A stretch of 46,220 nucleotides of DNA from Candidatus Bathyarchaeia archaeon. Its GTDB lineage: Archaea > Thermoproteota > Bathyarchaeia > Bathyarchaeales > Bathycorpusculaceae. The position numbers and the translations under genes were made by a program. This document shows positions 36,820 to 46,220 of this stretch, one piece after another (within the stretch, counting starts at the first letter, position 1; the number at the start of each line of letters is the position of its first letter). The stretch is from NCBI GenBank assembly GCA_050012755.1, contig JBEKGO010000021.1, positions 1 to 46,220 on the forward strand, given 5' to 3'. Under the pieces are notes generated by a model. It worked only from the letters and a program-made list of their open reading frames with translations. It was not told the DNA's origin and made no database searches.

Positions 36820-37614
36820 TTGAGGCAAACGAGCGTGACCAAACCCAGCCAAGCTTCCACAAAGTTAACGAATGAACCAGTTATCGAAGTGTCAAACCTC
36901 GTCAAAATCTACAAAGAAGGAGCAATCACAGCCGTCAATGGGCTTAACTTAAAAATCAGGAAAGGCGAAATATATGCGTTAATAGGCGCTAACGGCTCAG
37001 GCAAAACCACTGCAATAAACTTGCTGACGGGAAGCCTTTTTCCTACTTCTGGCTTAATTAAAGTTCTGGGCTTGGAAATTCCTGCGAAGCGCCGTTTGGC
37101 TGCAGCTCAAATCGGAGTAGCCCCCCAAGAATATTCGTTATACAATGACCTTACTGTGGAGCAGAACATCTGGTTCTTCGCACAGTTATACGAAATGAAG
37201 CACGCATTGTTTGAGAAAAGACTCACGGAACTCTTGCCTATTTTGAAGCTGGACGAGCGAAGGAAAACCACTGTTTTTAATCTTTCAGGGGGCATGAAAC
37301 GCAGAGTCAGCATCGCCTGCGCTCTTGTTCATGAGCCTAAAATTGTGTTTTTTGATGAGGCAACGGTCGGCATTGATCCTGTGTTGCGCGCTTTCTTTTG
37401 GGACTATTTCCGTTCCTTAACCGAAGCGGGCTTAACGATTGTAATAACCTCGCATGTTATGGATGAAGCTGAAAGAGCGGATATGATAGGATTGATGCGT
37501 GCAGGGAAGCTGATAGAGGAAGGCACACCTGAAGAAATCAAGCAAAGGCACTCAGCATCTTCCATTGAAGAAGTTTTCATTAAATTAAGCCAAGGAGAGG
37601 TCGCAGATGAGTAA
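36820..37614 (+). CDS. ABC-2 type exporter ATP-binding subunit
   Basis: GANGSGKT, LSGGMKRR, FFDEATVGID, SHVMDEA. Confidence 0.95.
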   Translation: MRQTSVTKPSQASTKLTNEPVIEVSNLVKIYKEGAITAVNGLNLKIRKGEIYALIGANGSGKTTAINLLTGSLFPTSGLIKVLGLEIPAKRRLAAAQIGVAPQEYSLYNDLTVEQNIWFFAQLYEMKHALFEKRLTELLPILKLDERRKTTVFNLSGGMKRRVSIACALVHEPKIVFFDEATVGIDPVLRAFFWDYFRSLTEAGLTIVITSHVMDEAERADMIGLMRAGKLIEEGTPEEIKQRHSASSIEEVFIKLSQGEVADE

Positions 37615-38764
37615 ACGCCAAAGCTTTTCTGTGACCAGGATTTTAGCTGTTAGCCGGCGGGTTTTGAAGCAGATTTCCCGTGACAGACGCACGTTAGGTA
37701 TGATGATTATCATGCCTGCGGTAATCATGCTTATTTTCGGCTTCGCTCTCGGCGGACAAGTCAAAAATGTGCCAATTGCAGTAGATAATCATGATGCGGG
37801 TTTTAGCACAATTAACGCCTTAAACTCTACCGTCAGCCTGCATCTCGGCAACAGCATTCTTTCAGCTTTGCAAGCAGACGACCGAGTAAGCGTCACTAAA
37901 ACTAGTTTCGGCTCGGGCAAAACAGGGGTAGATAACGGCACGTACTTTGCAGCAATCGAAATCCCATCAAACTTTTCCCAATGCGTCTTCCTAAGAACCA
38001 GTGGGCAAAACCAGAACGCTTCTATGCCCATTTATCTTGACGGCACAAAGCCAACAATTGAAGCCAGCATCATAGGAGCTCTGCAAAGTGCCCTGCAGAC
38101 CGCTTCAGGCGGAGGCGGAGTTGTTCTTGATAAGCAGTTCGCATTTGCTGGCGTTGAATATTCTGGGTTGGATGTGAGTATTCCGTCGGTGATTGCGTTT
38201 GTGTTGACTTTTCTCGTTTTGCTCATATCCCTTATTATAGTGTCAAGGGAGACCACTTCGGGCATCCTGCCAAGGCTTTACACGACGCCTCTTTCAGCCA
38301 TCGAAAGACTTCTAGGTTACTCAATAGCTCTACTAGTACTGGGCATCCTCATGGTAGCAGTCATCCTCGGCATTGGCGTAGGCGTTTTCGGCGCAGTCGT
38401 TCAAGGAAGCATTTACCTGCTTTTCTTGGGCGCCGTGCTTTATGCTTTGGCTCATGTTTTTATGGCAATATTTCTTTCAAACTTCGCTAAGAACGAACTA
38501 CAAGCTGTTCAAATTGCGCCCCTAATAGCTCTCCCAAGCATGGCACTAAGCGGTATGCTAATACCCGTGAATAGTTTTCCGAGTTGGGTTCAGACTGTAG
38601 CGAAGTTCATCCCCATGTACTATGGAAATAAAATATTTGAAGGCATAATGTTGAAGGGTTACGGATTAGGCAATCTTGTTTTGGAGTTCGCTGTGGTAGG
38701 CGGGATTGCTTTGCTTTTCCTATTTCTGGCTTTGTTGACAGTGAAGGACAGAATCACCGATTGA
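37607..38764 (+). CDS. ABC-2 type exporter permease
   Basis: QISRDRRTL N-terminus, extracellular loop, RET.SG...TPL, LSGMLIP. Confidence 0.93.
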   Translation: MSKRQSFSVTRILAVSRRVLKQISRDRRTLGMMIIMPAVIMLIFGFALGGQVKNVPIAVDNHDAGFSTINALNSTVSLHLGNSILSALQADDRVSVTKTSFGSGKTGVDNGTYFAAIEIPSNFSQCVFLRTSGQNQNASMPIYLDGTKPTIEASIIGALQSALQTASGGGGVVLDKQFAFAGVEYSGLDVSIPSVIAFVLTFLVLLISLIIVSRETTSGILPRLYTTPLSAIERLLGYSIALLVLGILMVAVILGIGVGVFGAVVQGSIYLLFLGAVLYALAHVFMAIFLSNFAKNELQAVQIAPLIALPSMALSGMLIPVNSFPSWVQTVAKFIPMYYGNKIFEGIMLKGYGLGNLVLEFAVVGGIALLFLFLALLTVKDRITD

Positions 38765-38908
38765 AGTCAAATTTCCTTTTTCAGGGAGAAGATTATTTCT
38801 ATTCGAAAAAGGAAGTTTTGTCACTGCATATTTATTAATTGTTAGTCTGTAACTCATTGATCTGACTCGGATTTTAAGTGAGTCAACATTAAGTGAGGTA
38901 TCTATCCG

Positions 38909-39181
38909 ATGAGCGAAATGCAGCGAGCATCCAATCAACCAATTTCCAGCTCGCCAAAACACAGCAACCTAGTGCTAGGCATCGTCATGCTTGGAACGCT
39001 TATGGGTTCATTGGACAGCACTATCGTTCTGCTGGCTTTTCCAGTCATAAATGACAGCTTCCACTCCGACCTAGTAACGTCACTGTGGATTATTGCTTCA
39101 ATAGCTATTTTGGCGATTGCAGGAGTATTGTCCTACATTAGGGGAAGGGATATAAGAAAACAGGCGCCCGCTAAATCTTAA
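38909..39181 (+). pseudogene. Internally deleted MFS (DHA2-like) transporter
   Basis: N-terminal LGTLMGSLDSTIVLLAFP...SLWII is joined in frame to a last-TM-like ILAIAGVLSYIRG; only 90 aa. Confidence 0.7.
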
Positions 39182-39257
39182 GCAGTTATGCTAAAGCCTA
39201 ATTACTTTCCTGCCCCAATTAACCTTAATTTATGGCTTAGCAGTTTGGAGGCATGGC

Positions 39258-40211
39258 TTGGGCAAACTCAAATTCGGAGTGTTCCTTCCATTCTACACAT
39301 TCCAAGCTAAAGAGCCAAACGAACACTTCAATTCTATCCGCGACACTGTTTCAGAGTGTGAACGCTTAGGTTACCACTCAATTTGGCTAGATGATCATCT
39401 AATGTACAATGATTGGTTTATCCTTGAGTGTTGGACAACCCTTTCCGCACTGTCCTCATTAACCAGCAAGATACGATTGGGAACCATGGTCTCCTGCAGC
39501 GCACACCGAAATCCAGCGTTGCTCGCAAAGATGGCTGCAACATTTGACTTCTTCTCAGGCGGCAGGTTAGAATTCGGCATAGGAGCAGGGACCCAAGAAG
39601 CTGAGCATACTGCTTATGGTTTTGATTTTTTTAGGCCAGATACGAGAATTGAGCGGTTGGCAGAGGCTTTGGAAGTAACAAGGCAACTGTGGACGCAAGA
39701 GAAATCAAATTATCAAGGTAAGTATTACCTACTGAAAAATGCGGTTTGTGAGCCTAAACCGTTGCAGAAGCCATATCCGCCTATTACCGTTGGCGGCAGC
39801 GGTGAATTTTTAATGCAGAAAGCGACTGCGCCGTATGCTGATAGGTTTGATTGGGGTTTCTTACCATCTACTAAAGAGTATAAGCGTAAACTCGGGGTTT
39901 TAGAGAAACAATGCAAAGTAGTTGGCAGAAATTTTGATAAAATTGAGAAGTCCTGCTGGCCCGGCGGGCAAGTGATAATTGCACATAACCATAAAGAGTT
40001 AAATGAAAAGATTTCTCAGCGAAAGCCTGCAAATGTCAATTTGGAAGATTTTAGAAAATGCACTTTGGCTGGAACGCCTGATGAATGCATTGAGCAGTTG
40101 CAGGTTTACGTCGGTTTAGGTGTGACCTGCTTTATGCTGTTTTTCGGTGACTTGCCGAGGCTCGATGGACTCAAACTTTTTGCCGAAGATGTTATTGAAA
40201 AAATGAGTTAG
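39258..40211 (+). CDS. LLM class (probably F420-dependent) oxidoreductase
   Basis: SIWLDDHL, IRLGTMV, RNPALLAKMAAT, SGGRLEFGIGAG, PKPLQKPYPPITVGG. Confidence 0.92.
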   Translation: MGKLKFGVFLPFYTFQAKEPNEHFNSIRDTVSECERLGYHSIWLDDHLMYNDWFILECWTTLSALSSLTSKIRLGTMVSCSAHRNPALLAKMAATFDFFSGGRLEFGIGAGTQEAEHTAYGFDFFRPDTRIERLAEALEVTRQLWTQEKSNYQGKYYLLKNAVCEPKPLQKPYPPITVGGSGEFLMQKATAPYADRFDWGFLPSTKEYKRKLGVLEKQCKVVGRNFDKIEKSCWPGGQVIIAHNHKELNEKISQRKPANVNLEDFRKCTLAGTPDECIEQLQVYVGLGVTCFMLFFGDLPRLDGLKLFAEDVIEKMS

Positions 40212-40558
40212 AGGTCTCCGCGCGCAATGTGCGATAATTCATGAACAATAATTTCATCTAAACTGTGATATGGATTTTCCCTGACCAGTATGATGTATTC
40301 GGCGTCTTTGGTTTCGTTTGCATTAAACACGCAGGCATCTGTGCCTTTGGCTGGAAGAATTTTGCCCCACTCTTCAATTTCTCGACACTCATCTTCGAAG
40401 CAGTGCCTCTGATGAATTATGTGCTCAAAATCCTCATCGCTTAATTTGAGAGCTTTAATTTTAGGCATTGGCCTGCTCGATAAAGTCTTCCATGCCTTAA
40501 TGAGTTTTTTTTCGTTTATACGTGTAGCATCTATTTGGAAACCTTCAACGCAAACCAC
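40208..40558 (-). CDS. Hypothetical protein with C-terminal HExxH (minimal zincin-like)
   Basis: EIIVHELSHI motif. Confidence 0.65.
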   Translation of the reverse strand: MVCVEGFQIDATRINEKKLIKAWKTLSSRPMPKIKALKLSDEDFEHIIHQRHCFEDECREIEEWGKILPAKGTDACVFNANETKDAEYIILVRENPYHSLDEIIVHELSHIARGDL

Positions 40559-40740
40559 AAAATCACTTCCAACCCGATATTTCTTTCATTAAGAATCGTA
40601 ACGTTCTTGGATTTAAATGCACACAAAAAAATAGAAGTTTTTAATTGTAAAAGTGTTTGCAGTAGTTACGCCACTACAACAATCCACCAGTGAACGAAGA
40701 CATTGAAACCTTATGCCTCAGAGCTAGCCGGGTTGATAAC

Positions 40741-42375
40741 TTACTCCGATGGTGTTGGTGAGTAGCGACTCAAGTACCCCTTAGAAATTTTTGGCTTGCG
40801 AGGTTTCCAGGCAGCTAATCGTTCTTTAAGCTCCTTGTCTGATAGCTCAACTTTTAGGATTCGGTTGGGTATGTCGATGGTTATTTTGTCACCGTTCTTA
40901 AGCGCTGCAATTGGTCCGCCGTCAAAGGCTTCAGGCGCAACATGTCCAATGCATGGTCCACGGGTGGCTCCTGAGAACCTGCCATCTGTTATTAGGGCTA
41001 CACTTTCGCTCAATCCCATTCCCGCGATGGTGGCTGTTGGGATTAGCATTTCAGGCATTCCTGGTCCGCCTTTGGGTCCTTCATATCGAATAACCACTAT
41101 GTCACCTGCAATTACTTCGTGACGTTTCATTGCTGCTTCAGCTTCATGTTCTGAATCATAAACTTTGGCTGGACCCTGATGTTTTAGCATCTTAGGCGAA
41201 ACAGCGGCCATTTTCACAACTGCACCTTTTGGAGCCAAATTGCCTTTGAGTATGGCGATGCCCCCTTCTTTGTGAACTGGATTATTTAAGGGGCGGATTA
41301 CTTCAGCGTTTATTACTTTGGCGTCCGCTACGTTTTCGCCAACCGTTTTGCCCGTAACTGTTAATGCTTCAAAGTGCATAAATGGCTTAAGTTCTTTAAT
41401 TAGAGCAGGTATACCGCCAGCGTTCCCCAAATCTGCCATGTCAAAAGGTCCGTTTGGAACCATGCTACAGAGGTGCGGGACACGCCGTCCAATCTCGTCG
41501 TAATTTGAGAGACTAAGCTTAGCGCCTGCTTCCTTGGCGATGGCTGAAAGATGCAGAACCGTATTTGTAGATCCTCCTAACGCCATGTCCACTGCAACTG
41601 CATTGTCAAAGGCTTTCTGAGTCATAACCTGTAAAGGCTTGATGTCTTTTTTGATAAGTTCTACGATTTTTGTTCCTGTCTTTTTGGCAATTCTCTGTTT
41701 CAGTGCGCCGTTCGCTAATGCTGTGGCGCAGTAGGGTAGTGACATGCCTAAGGCTTCAGTTACGCATGCCATAGTGTTTGCTGTGAACATGCCATTGCAT
41801 GAGCCACAGCCGGGACAAGCAACGTTCTCAAGCTTTGCAGATTCCGCCTCAGTCATTTTGCCAGCAAAAACTTTGCCAACTGCTTCAAAAACGTCGTTGA
41901 CACCGACTCTTTGCCCGTCCAGTATGCCTGATTCCATTGGTCCGCCTGTAACGGATATGGCTGGCACATTTAGTCTTGCGGCTGCCATAAGCATGCCGGG
42001 CGTGACTTTGTCACAGTTAGAAATTAGCACCATGCCGTCTAGGCGGTGGGCTTGCATCATGATTTCGACTGAGTCAGCGATTAATTCTCGGCTTGGAAGA
42101 CTGTAACGCATACCTTCGTGACCCATTGCAATGCCGTCGCATACGGCTATTGTGTTGAATTCGAAGGGGGTTCCTCCTGCTTCGAGAATGCCTTCTTTCA
42201 CTGCTTCACCGAGTTCTCTGAGATGAACATGGCCTGGAACCACGGACGTGTAACTATTAGCTATTCCAACGAAAGGTTTAGCGATGTCTTCATCGGTTAA
42301 ACCTAAACTTTTCAGCAAAGCTCTGTGGGATGCCCGTTCAATACCCTTTTTTATCTCATCGCTTCTCATTCTCAA
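40741..42375 (-). CDS. ilvD: Dihydroxy-acid dehydratase
   Basis: [50 protein letters not shown]. Confidence 0.98.
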   Translation of the reverse strand: MRMRSDEIKKGIERASHRALLKSLGLTDEDIAKPFVGIANSYTSVVPGHVHLRELGEAVKEGILEAGGTPFEFNTIAVCDGIAMGHEGMRYSLPSRELIADSVEIMMQAHRLDGMVLISNCDKVTPGMLMAAARLNVPAISVTGGPMESGILDGQRVGVNDVFEAVGKVFAGKMTEAESAKLENVACPGCGSCNGMFTANTMACVTEALGMSLPYCATALANGALKQRIAKKTGTKIVELIKKDIKPLQVMTQKAFDNAVAVDMALGGSTNTVLHLSAIAKEAGAKLSLSNYDEIGRRVPHLCSMVPNGPFDMADLGNAGGIPALIKELKPFMHFEALTVTGKTVGENVADAKVINAEVIRPLNNPVHKEGGIAILKGNLAPKGAVVKMAAVSPKMLKHQGPAKVYDSEHEAEAAMKRHEVIAGDIVVIRYEGPKGGPGMPEMLIPTATIAGMGLSESVALITDGRFSGATRGPCIGHVAPEAFDGGPIAALKNGDKITIDIPNRILKVELSDKELKERLAAWKPRKPKISKGYLSRYSPTPSE

Positions 42376-42459
42376 AACCTCATGTGCATTAAGACACCAA
42401 TAATTTTATATTTAAGGCTAACGCCTTGAAAAGAGAGTGACTTTAAATGGGGTATTGCT

Positions 42460-43971
42460 TTATCCAACCGCTTCCCTAAACACATAAAATTTTTAGACAC
42501 CACCCTACGAGATGGCGAACAAACACCTGGAGTATCACTTGTACCAGAAAGCAAATTGCGTATAGCCGAGCGTCTAGATGAACTGGGTGTAGACGTGATT
42601 GAGGCTGGTTTCGCAGCTGTTTCCGAAGGCGAAATGGAAGCCGTAAAATTAATCGTTAAACAAGGATTGAAAGCAGCAATCTCCAGTGCAGCAAGAGGAA
42701 CAAGAAACGACATAGATGCGGTTTTGAAAAGTGGCGCTTCCACTATAAGCATGATTATCCCAACATCAGATTTACATATCGAGTGTAAATTGCACAAAAC
42801 ACGCGAGCAAATAGTTCAAACTACAGAAGACTGCGTAAGGTACGCTAAGGACCACGGATTGGTTGTTGAATTTTTAGCTGAAGACGCAACCCGATCTGAT
42901 TTTGACTATCTTACCAAGATTTTCCAAAGAGCAGCCAATGCTGGAGCCGACCGAGTTATTGCCTGCGACACTGTCGGTATCTTGACTCCAGAGCGTTCAG
43001 CAGAATTCTTTTCAAAACTAAAGGAAAAACTAAAAATTCCAATAGGCGTGCATTGCCACAACGATTTCGGAATGGCAGTCGCCAACACCGTTGCCGCCTT
43101 GGGGGCTGGCGCAGAAGAAGCGCATGCAACAATTAATGGTCTTGGTGAACGCGCGGGAAACGCTTCGCTGGAAGAAGTAGTTGTTACTTTGAAAGCGCTC
43201 TACAAGTTGGATTTAAAAATAAAAACTGAATTGCTCTATGGCACATCCCAGCTTGTTTCCAGATTAACAGGCATTCATGTTCAGCCTAACAAGGCAATCG
43301 TCGGCGAAAACGCCTTCACTCACGAATCAGGAATACACACACAGGGTATGCTGTCTAACCCATTAACTTATGAACCTATTGCGCCTGAACTGGTCGGCTC
43401 TAAACGCCGTCTCTCACCAGGAAAACATTCTGGCTCACATGCGATACGTGCAGATTTAGAAAGTATGGGTCTCAAACCATCTGAAGACCAATTTAAAGAC
43501 ATATTCCAACGCATCAAAGAGCTCGGGGACAAAGGCAAAACTGTAATGGATGCTGATGTGCTCGCGATAGCGGAAAATGTTATGGGTTTGAGTAAAGCAA
43601 AACCGATAAGGCTTGAAGAAATGACGTTTGTCGGCGGCGACAAAGTAACCGCAACTGCCTCAGTACGCTTAGCGTTAAACGGTAAGGATGTTTGGGGTGC
43701 AGCGGTTGGCGTTGGACCTGTAGACGCAGCCATAAATGCGGTTAAGAATGCAATAGCCGAGGTTGAGCCGATTACACTTGAGCAATACAATGTTAAAGCG
43801 ATTACAGGTGGCACAGATGCAATGGTGGAAGTTGTGGTGCGCATGAGGAAAGGCGATAGAGTAGTAACAGCAATGGGCGTCCGCGAAGACATTGTTAAAG
43901 CCAGCATGGAAGCCGTCCTAAGCGCAATGAACGTGCTAACAACAGACTACAACAACAAAAACAACCAATGA
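42460..43971 (+). CDS. cimA: DRE-TIM synthase, (R)-citramalate synthase-like (2-isopropylmalate synthase family); start uncertain
   Basis: In-frame DTTLRDGEQTPG upstream of the ORF-track start, HCHNDFG, GERAGN, HESGIH, C-terminal regulatory domain. IIPTS favours CimA over LeuA. Confidence 0.75.
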   Translation, partial: LSNRFPKHIKFLDTTLRDGEQTPGVSLVPESKLRIAERLDELGVDVIEAGFAAVSEGEMEAVKLIVKQGLKAAISSAARGTRNDIDAVLKSGASTISMIIPTSDLHIECKLHKTREQIVQTTEDCVRYAKDHGLVVEFLAEDATRSDFDYLTKIFQRAANAGADRVIACDTVGILTPERSAEFFSKLKEKLKIPIGVHCHNDFGMAVANTVAALGAGAEEAHATINGLGERAGNASLEEVVVTLKALYKLDLKIKTELLYGTSQLVSRLTGIHVQPNKAIVGENAFTHESGIHTQGMLSNPLTYEPIAPELVGSKRRLSPGKHSGSHAIRADLESMGLKPSEDQFKDIFQRIKELGDKGKTVMDADVLAIAENVMGLSKAKPIRLEEMTFVGGDKVTATASVRLALNGKDVWGAAVGVGPVDAAINAVKNAIAEVEPITLEQYNVKAITGGTDAMVEVVVRMRKGDRVVTAMGVREDIVKASMEAVLSAMNVLTTDYNNKNNQ

Positions 43972-43981
43972 CAACTTTTTT

Positions 43982-44404
43982 TCAAAAAACTCTTTTTAAT
44001 GGTGTTCTGTCGAAGTGTCTATCATTTGAGATTACTTCGCCTATTCCCATCCTCATAGCGACGGCTAGGTGAATGGAATCCTCATAATCAAGCCGATATT
44101 CACCCATTAGGTCTAAAGCTTTGGCATAGTCTTCAGGCTTAAGCGGCTCAATGATCAAGCCTTTAGTGCCAATTATTGCTTTAATGATATTTTCTGTAAA
44201 AGCTTCATCTTTCAACGTTTTGTCTGCTAACCCAGCAAGAGATACGAGTGCTTCGTACAGTGATAAAGAAGAGGTCAAATATTCTCCCGGAGGGGAGCTT
44301 TCTATGTTGTTGATCCATTTGTGAGCAACATTTCCGAATGTGGGATTTTTGCTGAGCCAATATACGAAAAGATTGACATCTACGTAGTGTTTTGCTTGCG
44401 CCAT
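43982..44404 (-). CDS. vapC: VapC family PIN toxin
   Basis: YVDVNLFVY, LDYEDSIHLAVA, ISNDRHFD. Confidence 0.92.
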   Translation of the reverse strand: MAQAKHYVDVNLFVYWLSKNPTFGNVAHKWINNIESSPPGEYLTSSLSLYEALVSLAGLADKTLKDEAFTENIIKAIIGTKGLIIEPLKPEDYAKALDLMGEYRLDYEDSIHLAVAMRMGIGEVISNDRHFDRTPLKRVF

Positions 44405-44637
44405 TTCTTTTCTACTTCTACCGGATACTCGTCAAGGTCTAGGTTTTTAGGCCATTTGGTTACTTTAACGATGCCAAAGTATTTGTCGGCAACAGGCTCA
44501 GCAATTTCAAGGATAATGGTTTTTCCTTTTGATCTAATGTTTAGGTAGCTGCCTTCCTTAAGCTGAGCATCTATCCTTATGCGCCGTGGAATGATTATTC
44601 GCCCCTTGTCGTCCATTTTAACCGTGGTTTCGCTCAT
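44380..44637 (-). CDS. AbrB/MazE/SpoVT family antitoxin
   Basis: KMDDKGRIIIPRRIR...LKEG; overlaps vapC. Confidence 0.9.
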   Translation of the reverse strand: MSETTVKMDDKGRIIIPRRIRIDAQLKEGSYLNIRSKGKTIILEIAEPVADKYFGIVKVTKWPKNLDLDEYPVEVEKKWRKQNTT

Positions 44638-44730
44638 TTTTGTTCCCACTTAAATAATTTCAGCCCACACTTTTAAATATATACCCACAATATAATGCTC
44701 AATAATCAAATAAAAGGGAAGATGCCACAG

Positions 44731-44895
44731 ATGGCTGATTTGAAAGTTTATAGAATTTCAGAAAAGGGTCAATTTACGATACCTAAGAGATTAAGAGACA
44801 AATACCAAATCGAACAGAAAGTAGCGATTGAAGAGGATGAAAAAGGAATTTTATTGAAGCCATTTCCTTCGCAAACGACTGATTCAGATCATTGA
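44731..44895 (+). pseudogene. Second AbrB-family gene, probably frameshifted, with no partner toxin
   Basis: ISEKGQFTIPKRLRDKY...GILLKP. A SLKEILK continuation lies in another frame. Confidence 0.6.
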
Positions 44896-44970
44896 AAGAA
44901 ATACTTAAGGTAAAGCCGAAAAAGAATTGGTTAGATAAGGCTTATTCAAATTACATTGAAAATGCCATTT

Positions 44971-45744
44971 CTATGCGCTTATTTTTGGTGGTGCTCGTAC
45001 TCGGCGCCTACCAAGTTTAACACGCAACGCAATACGGTAGAGCTTTCGGAGGGACTTCACCAGTTGCTCCAGGGTTGGTGCAGTTGAATAAATGAGCGGT
45101 ATCTGCTCGTATTCCGCAATTCGAATGGCTTCGGCGTCCGGCGGAATCTTGTGAAAAACCACAATTCGCGGTTTAAGACTACAGACGCGGACAATCATCA
45201 TTGGCAAGGCTCCGGTTTCTATATTTGTAAAAATCAAGGCACGCTCAGTCGTTGCCCCAAACAGCTGCGCATACTCCAACCCTGAATACGCTTCAACTGC
45301 TTTGGTACTGTCGATAACTGTGTACCCGTTAACTTCTTTAACGTACTTGTCCTTGACAGCTACAATTTCGCCGCTGATAGCTTTGCACAGGTATTCAACT
45401 CGTACAGGTATGGGAAATTCACGTAAATCCACAACTGCCATGCTTGGCGAACTAGTAAGTTTTGCGAATTCTCTGATAAAGCGGCTACCTTTTGCTTCGT
45501 CAATGTGAAGAAGCGAGAGTACGAATCTTCGTATGAATTTGGCACCTGGGCTTTTTCGTCGTCCGCTTTCATAGTCGCTGATCACTGTTGAAGAGGACAA
45601 ACCCATTGTTTCCGAAAGTGTCATTTGGGAAACGGCGAAGAGCTCCCGCCATTTGCGCATGGTTGAGCCTGGTTTGCTTGAAAGAATTATTTCTCCAGCA
45701 ATTCTTCTTCCTAAAACTTCTCTGAGGCCAGGCGACACAGACAT
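44971..45744 (-). CDS. XRE-type HTH transcriptional regulator (conserved archaeal family)
   Basis: RIAGEIILS..PG..MRKWRELF, VISDYESGRRKSPG, GYTVIDS, TERALIFT. Confidence 0.88.
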   Translation of the reverse strand: MSVSPGLREVLGRRIAGEIILSSKPGSTMRKWRELFAVSQMTLSETMGLSSSTVISDYESGRRKSPGAKFIRRFVLSLLHIDEAKGSRFIREFAKLTSSPSMAVVDLREFPIPVRVEYLCKAISGEIVAVKDKYVKEVNGYTVIDSTKAVEAYSGLEYAQLFGATTERALIFTNIETGALPMMIVRVCSLKPRIVVFHKIPPDAEAIRIAEYEQIPLIYSTAPTLEQLVKSLRKLYRIALRVKLGRRRVRAPPKISA

Positions 45745-45951
45745 GAAGCAACTCTCCTGCTTTTACTGTTCCTTTAAGGTTGAGGTATAAAACTATAGCG
45801 CTCATTAGCTATGTTGGAAGCTAAAGCCTACAGGTTGGATTCTGAATTGCTTTATTAGGAAGTTTGCCGTAGTAATGCATTAACGTTCCCAGTCTAAAAG
45901 ACAAAAAGAACGTTACTACCGCAATAAAAACAAAAAAAGGAGTTGATATAT

Positions 45952-46220
45952 ATGGCAGAAAAACCAAGTGATGTAATCTTCGTTGGAAACAAACCACCAA
46001 TGAGCTATGTACTCGCTATCATAACAGCATTCTCTTCAGGCGCAGGAAAAGAAATAACTCTAAAAGCAAGAGGACAAGCAATAACTACCGCCGTTGACGT
46101 TGCAGAAATTACAAGAAGCCGCTTCCTAAAAGACCTCACAGTAACAAAAATTGCAATTGGTACCGCAGAGATGCCACCAAGAGAAGGCGAAACACGATCT
46201 CGTATGGTTTCAACGATAGA
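45952..46220 (+). CDS. albA: DNA/RNA-binding protein Alba, runs off window end
   Basis: Manual translation: MAEKPSDVIFVGNKPPMSYVLA...LKARGQAITTAVDVAE...VSTI. Confidence 0.95.
   Translation, partial: MAEKPSDVIFVGNKPPMSYVLAIITAFSSGAGKEITLKARGQAITTAVDVAEITRSRFLKDLTVTKIAIGTAEMPPREGETRSRMVSTI

Noticed and set aside
42372-43907. Minus-strand ORFs 42372-42797 and 43368-43907
   Set aside because: Shadows of the cimA-like gene.

Overview
Archaeal chromosomal window. Gene content and style suggest a TACK archaeon, probably Bathyarchaeia (inference). 1-9.9 kb: minus-strand ribosomal protein cluster L22-S3-L29-Rpp29-S17-L14-L24-S4e-L5-S14-S8-L6-L32e-L19e-L18-S5-L30, then an Hsp20 gene inserted before L15. 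Five of these r-proteins carry long K/E/A/P-rich tails. 10.9-18.3 kb: hypE and hypDCF hydrogenase maturation genes, an acyl-CoA ligase, a VOC protein and a tRNA-Met(CAT) with a non-canonical 45/46 intron. 18.4-23.3 kb: accessory patch with two secreted, membrane-anchored proteins that share a ~75-bp promoter/operator module, plus a DUF433/DUF5615 TA pair. 23.7-27.3 kb: Hsp20, SWIM, two DUF131, RPA and a ferredoxin-like gene. 27.37-35.89 kb: an ~8.5-kb island without an integrase, bounded by a perfect 16-bp direct repeat. It is punctuated by five co-oriented copies of a motif (A-tract-GG...TGCGGGTGACATC, usually followed 15-16 nt later by a tRNA T-loop-like core) that separate cargo genes (HEPN-like, HhH-like, zinc fingers, GNAT, DEDD exonuclease, micropeptides). 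Two more copies lie near the tRNA. This att-like cassette architecture is the best candidate for an undescribed system. 35.9-46.2 kb: TrmB regulator with an ABC-2 exporter, an internally deleted MFS, an LLM oxidoreductase, ilvD/cimA, a VapBC pair, an HTH regulator and alba. All family calls are motif recognition by eye; no searches were run.
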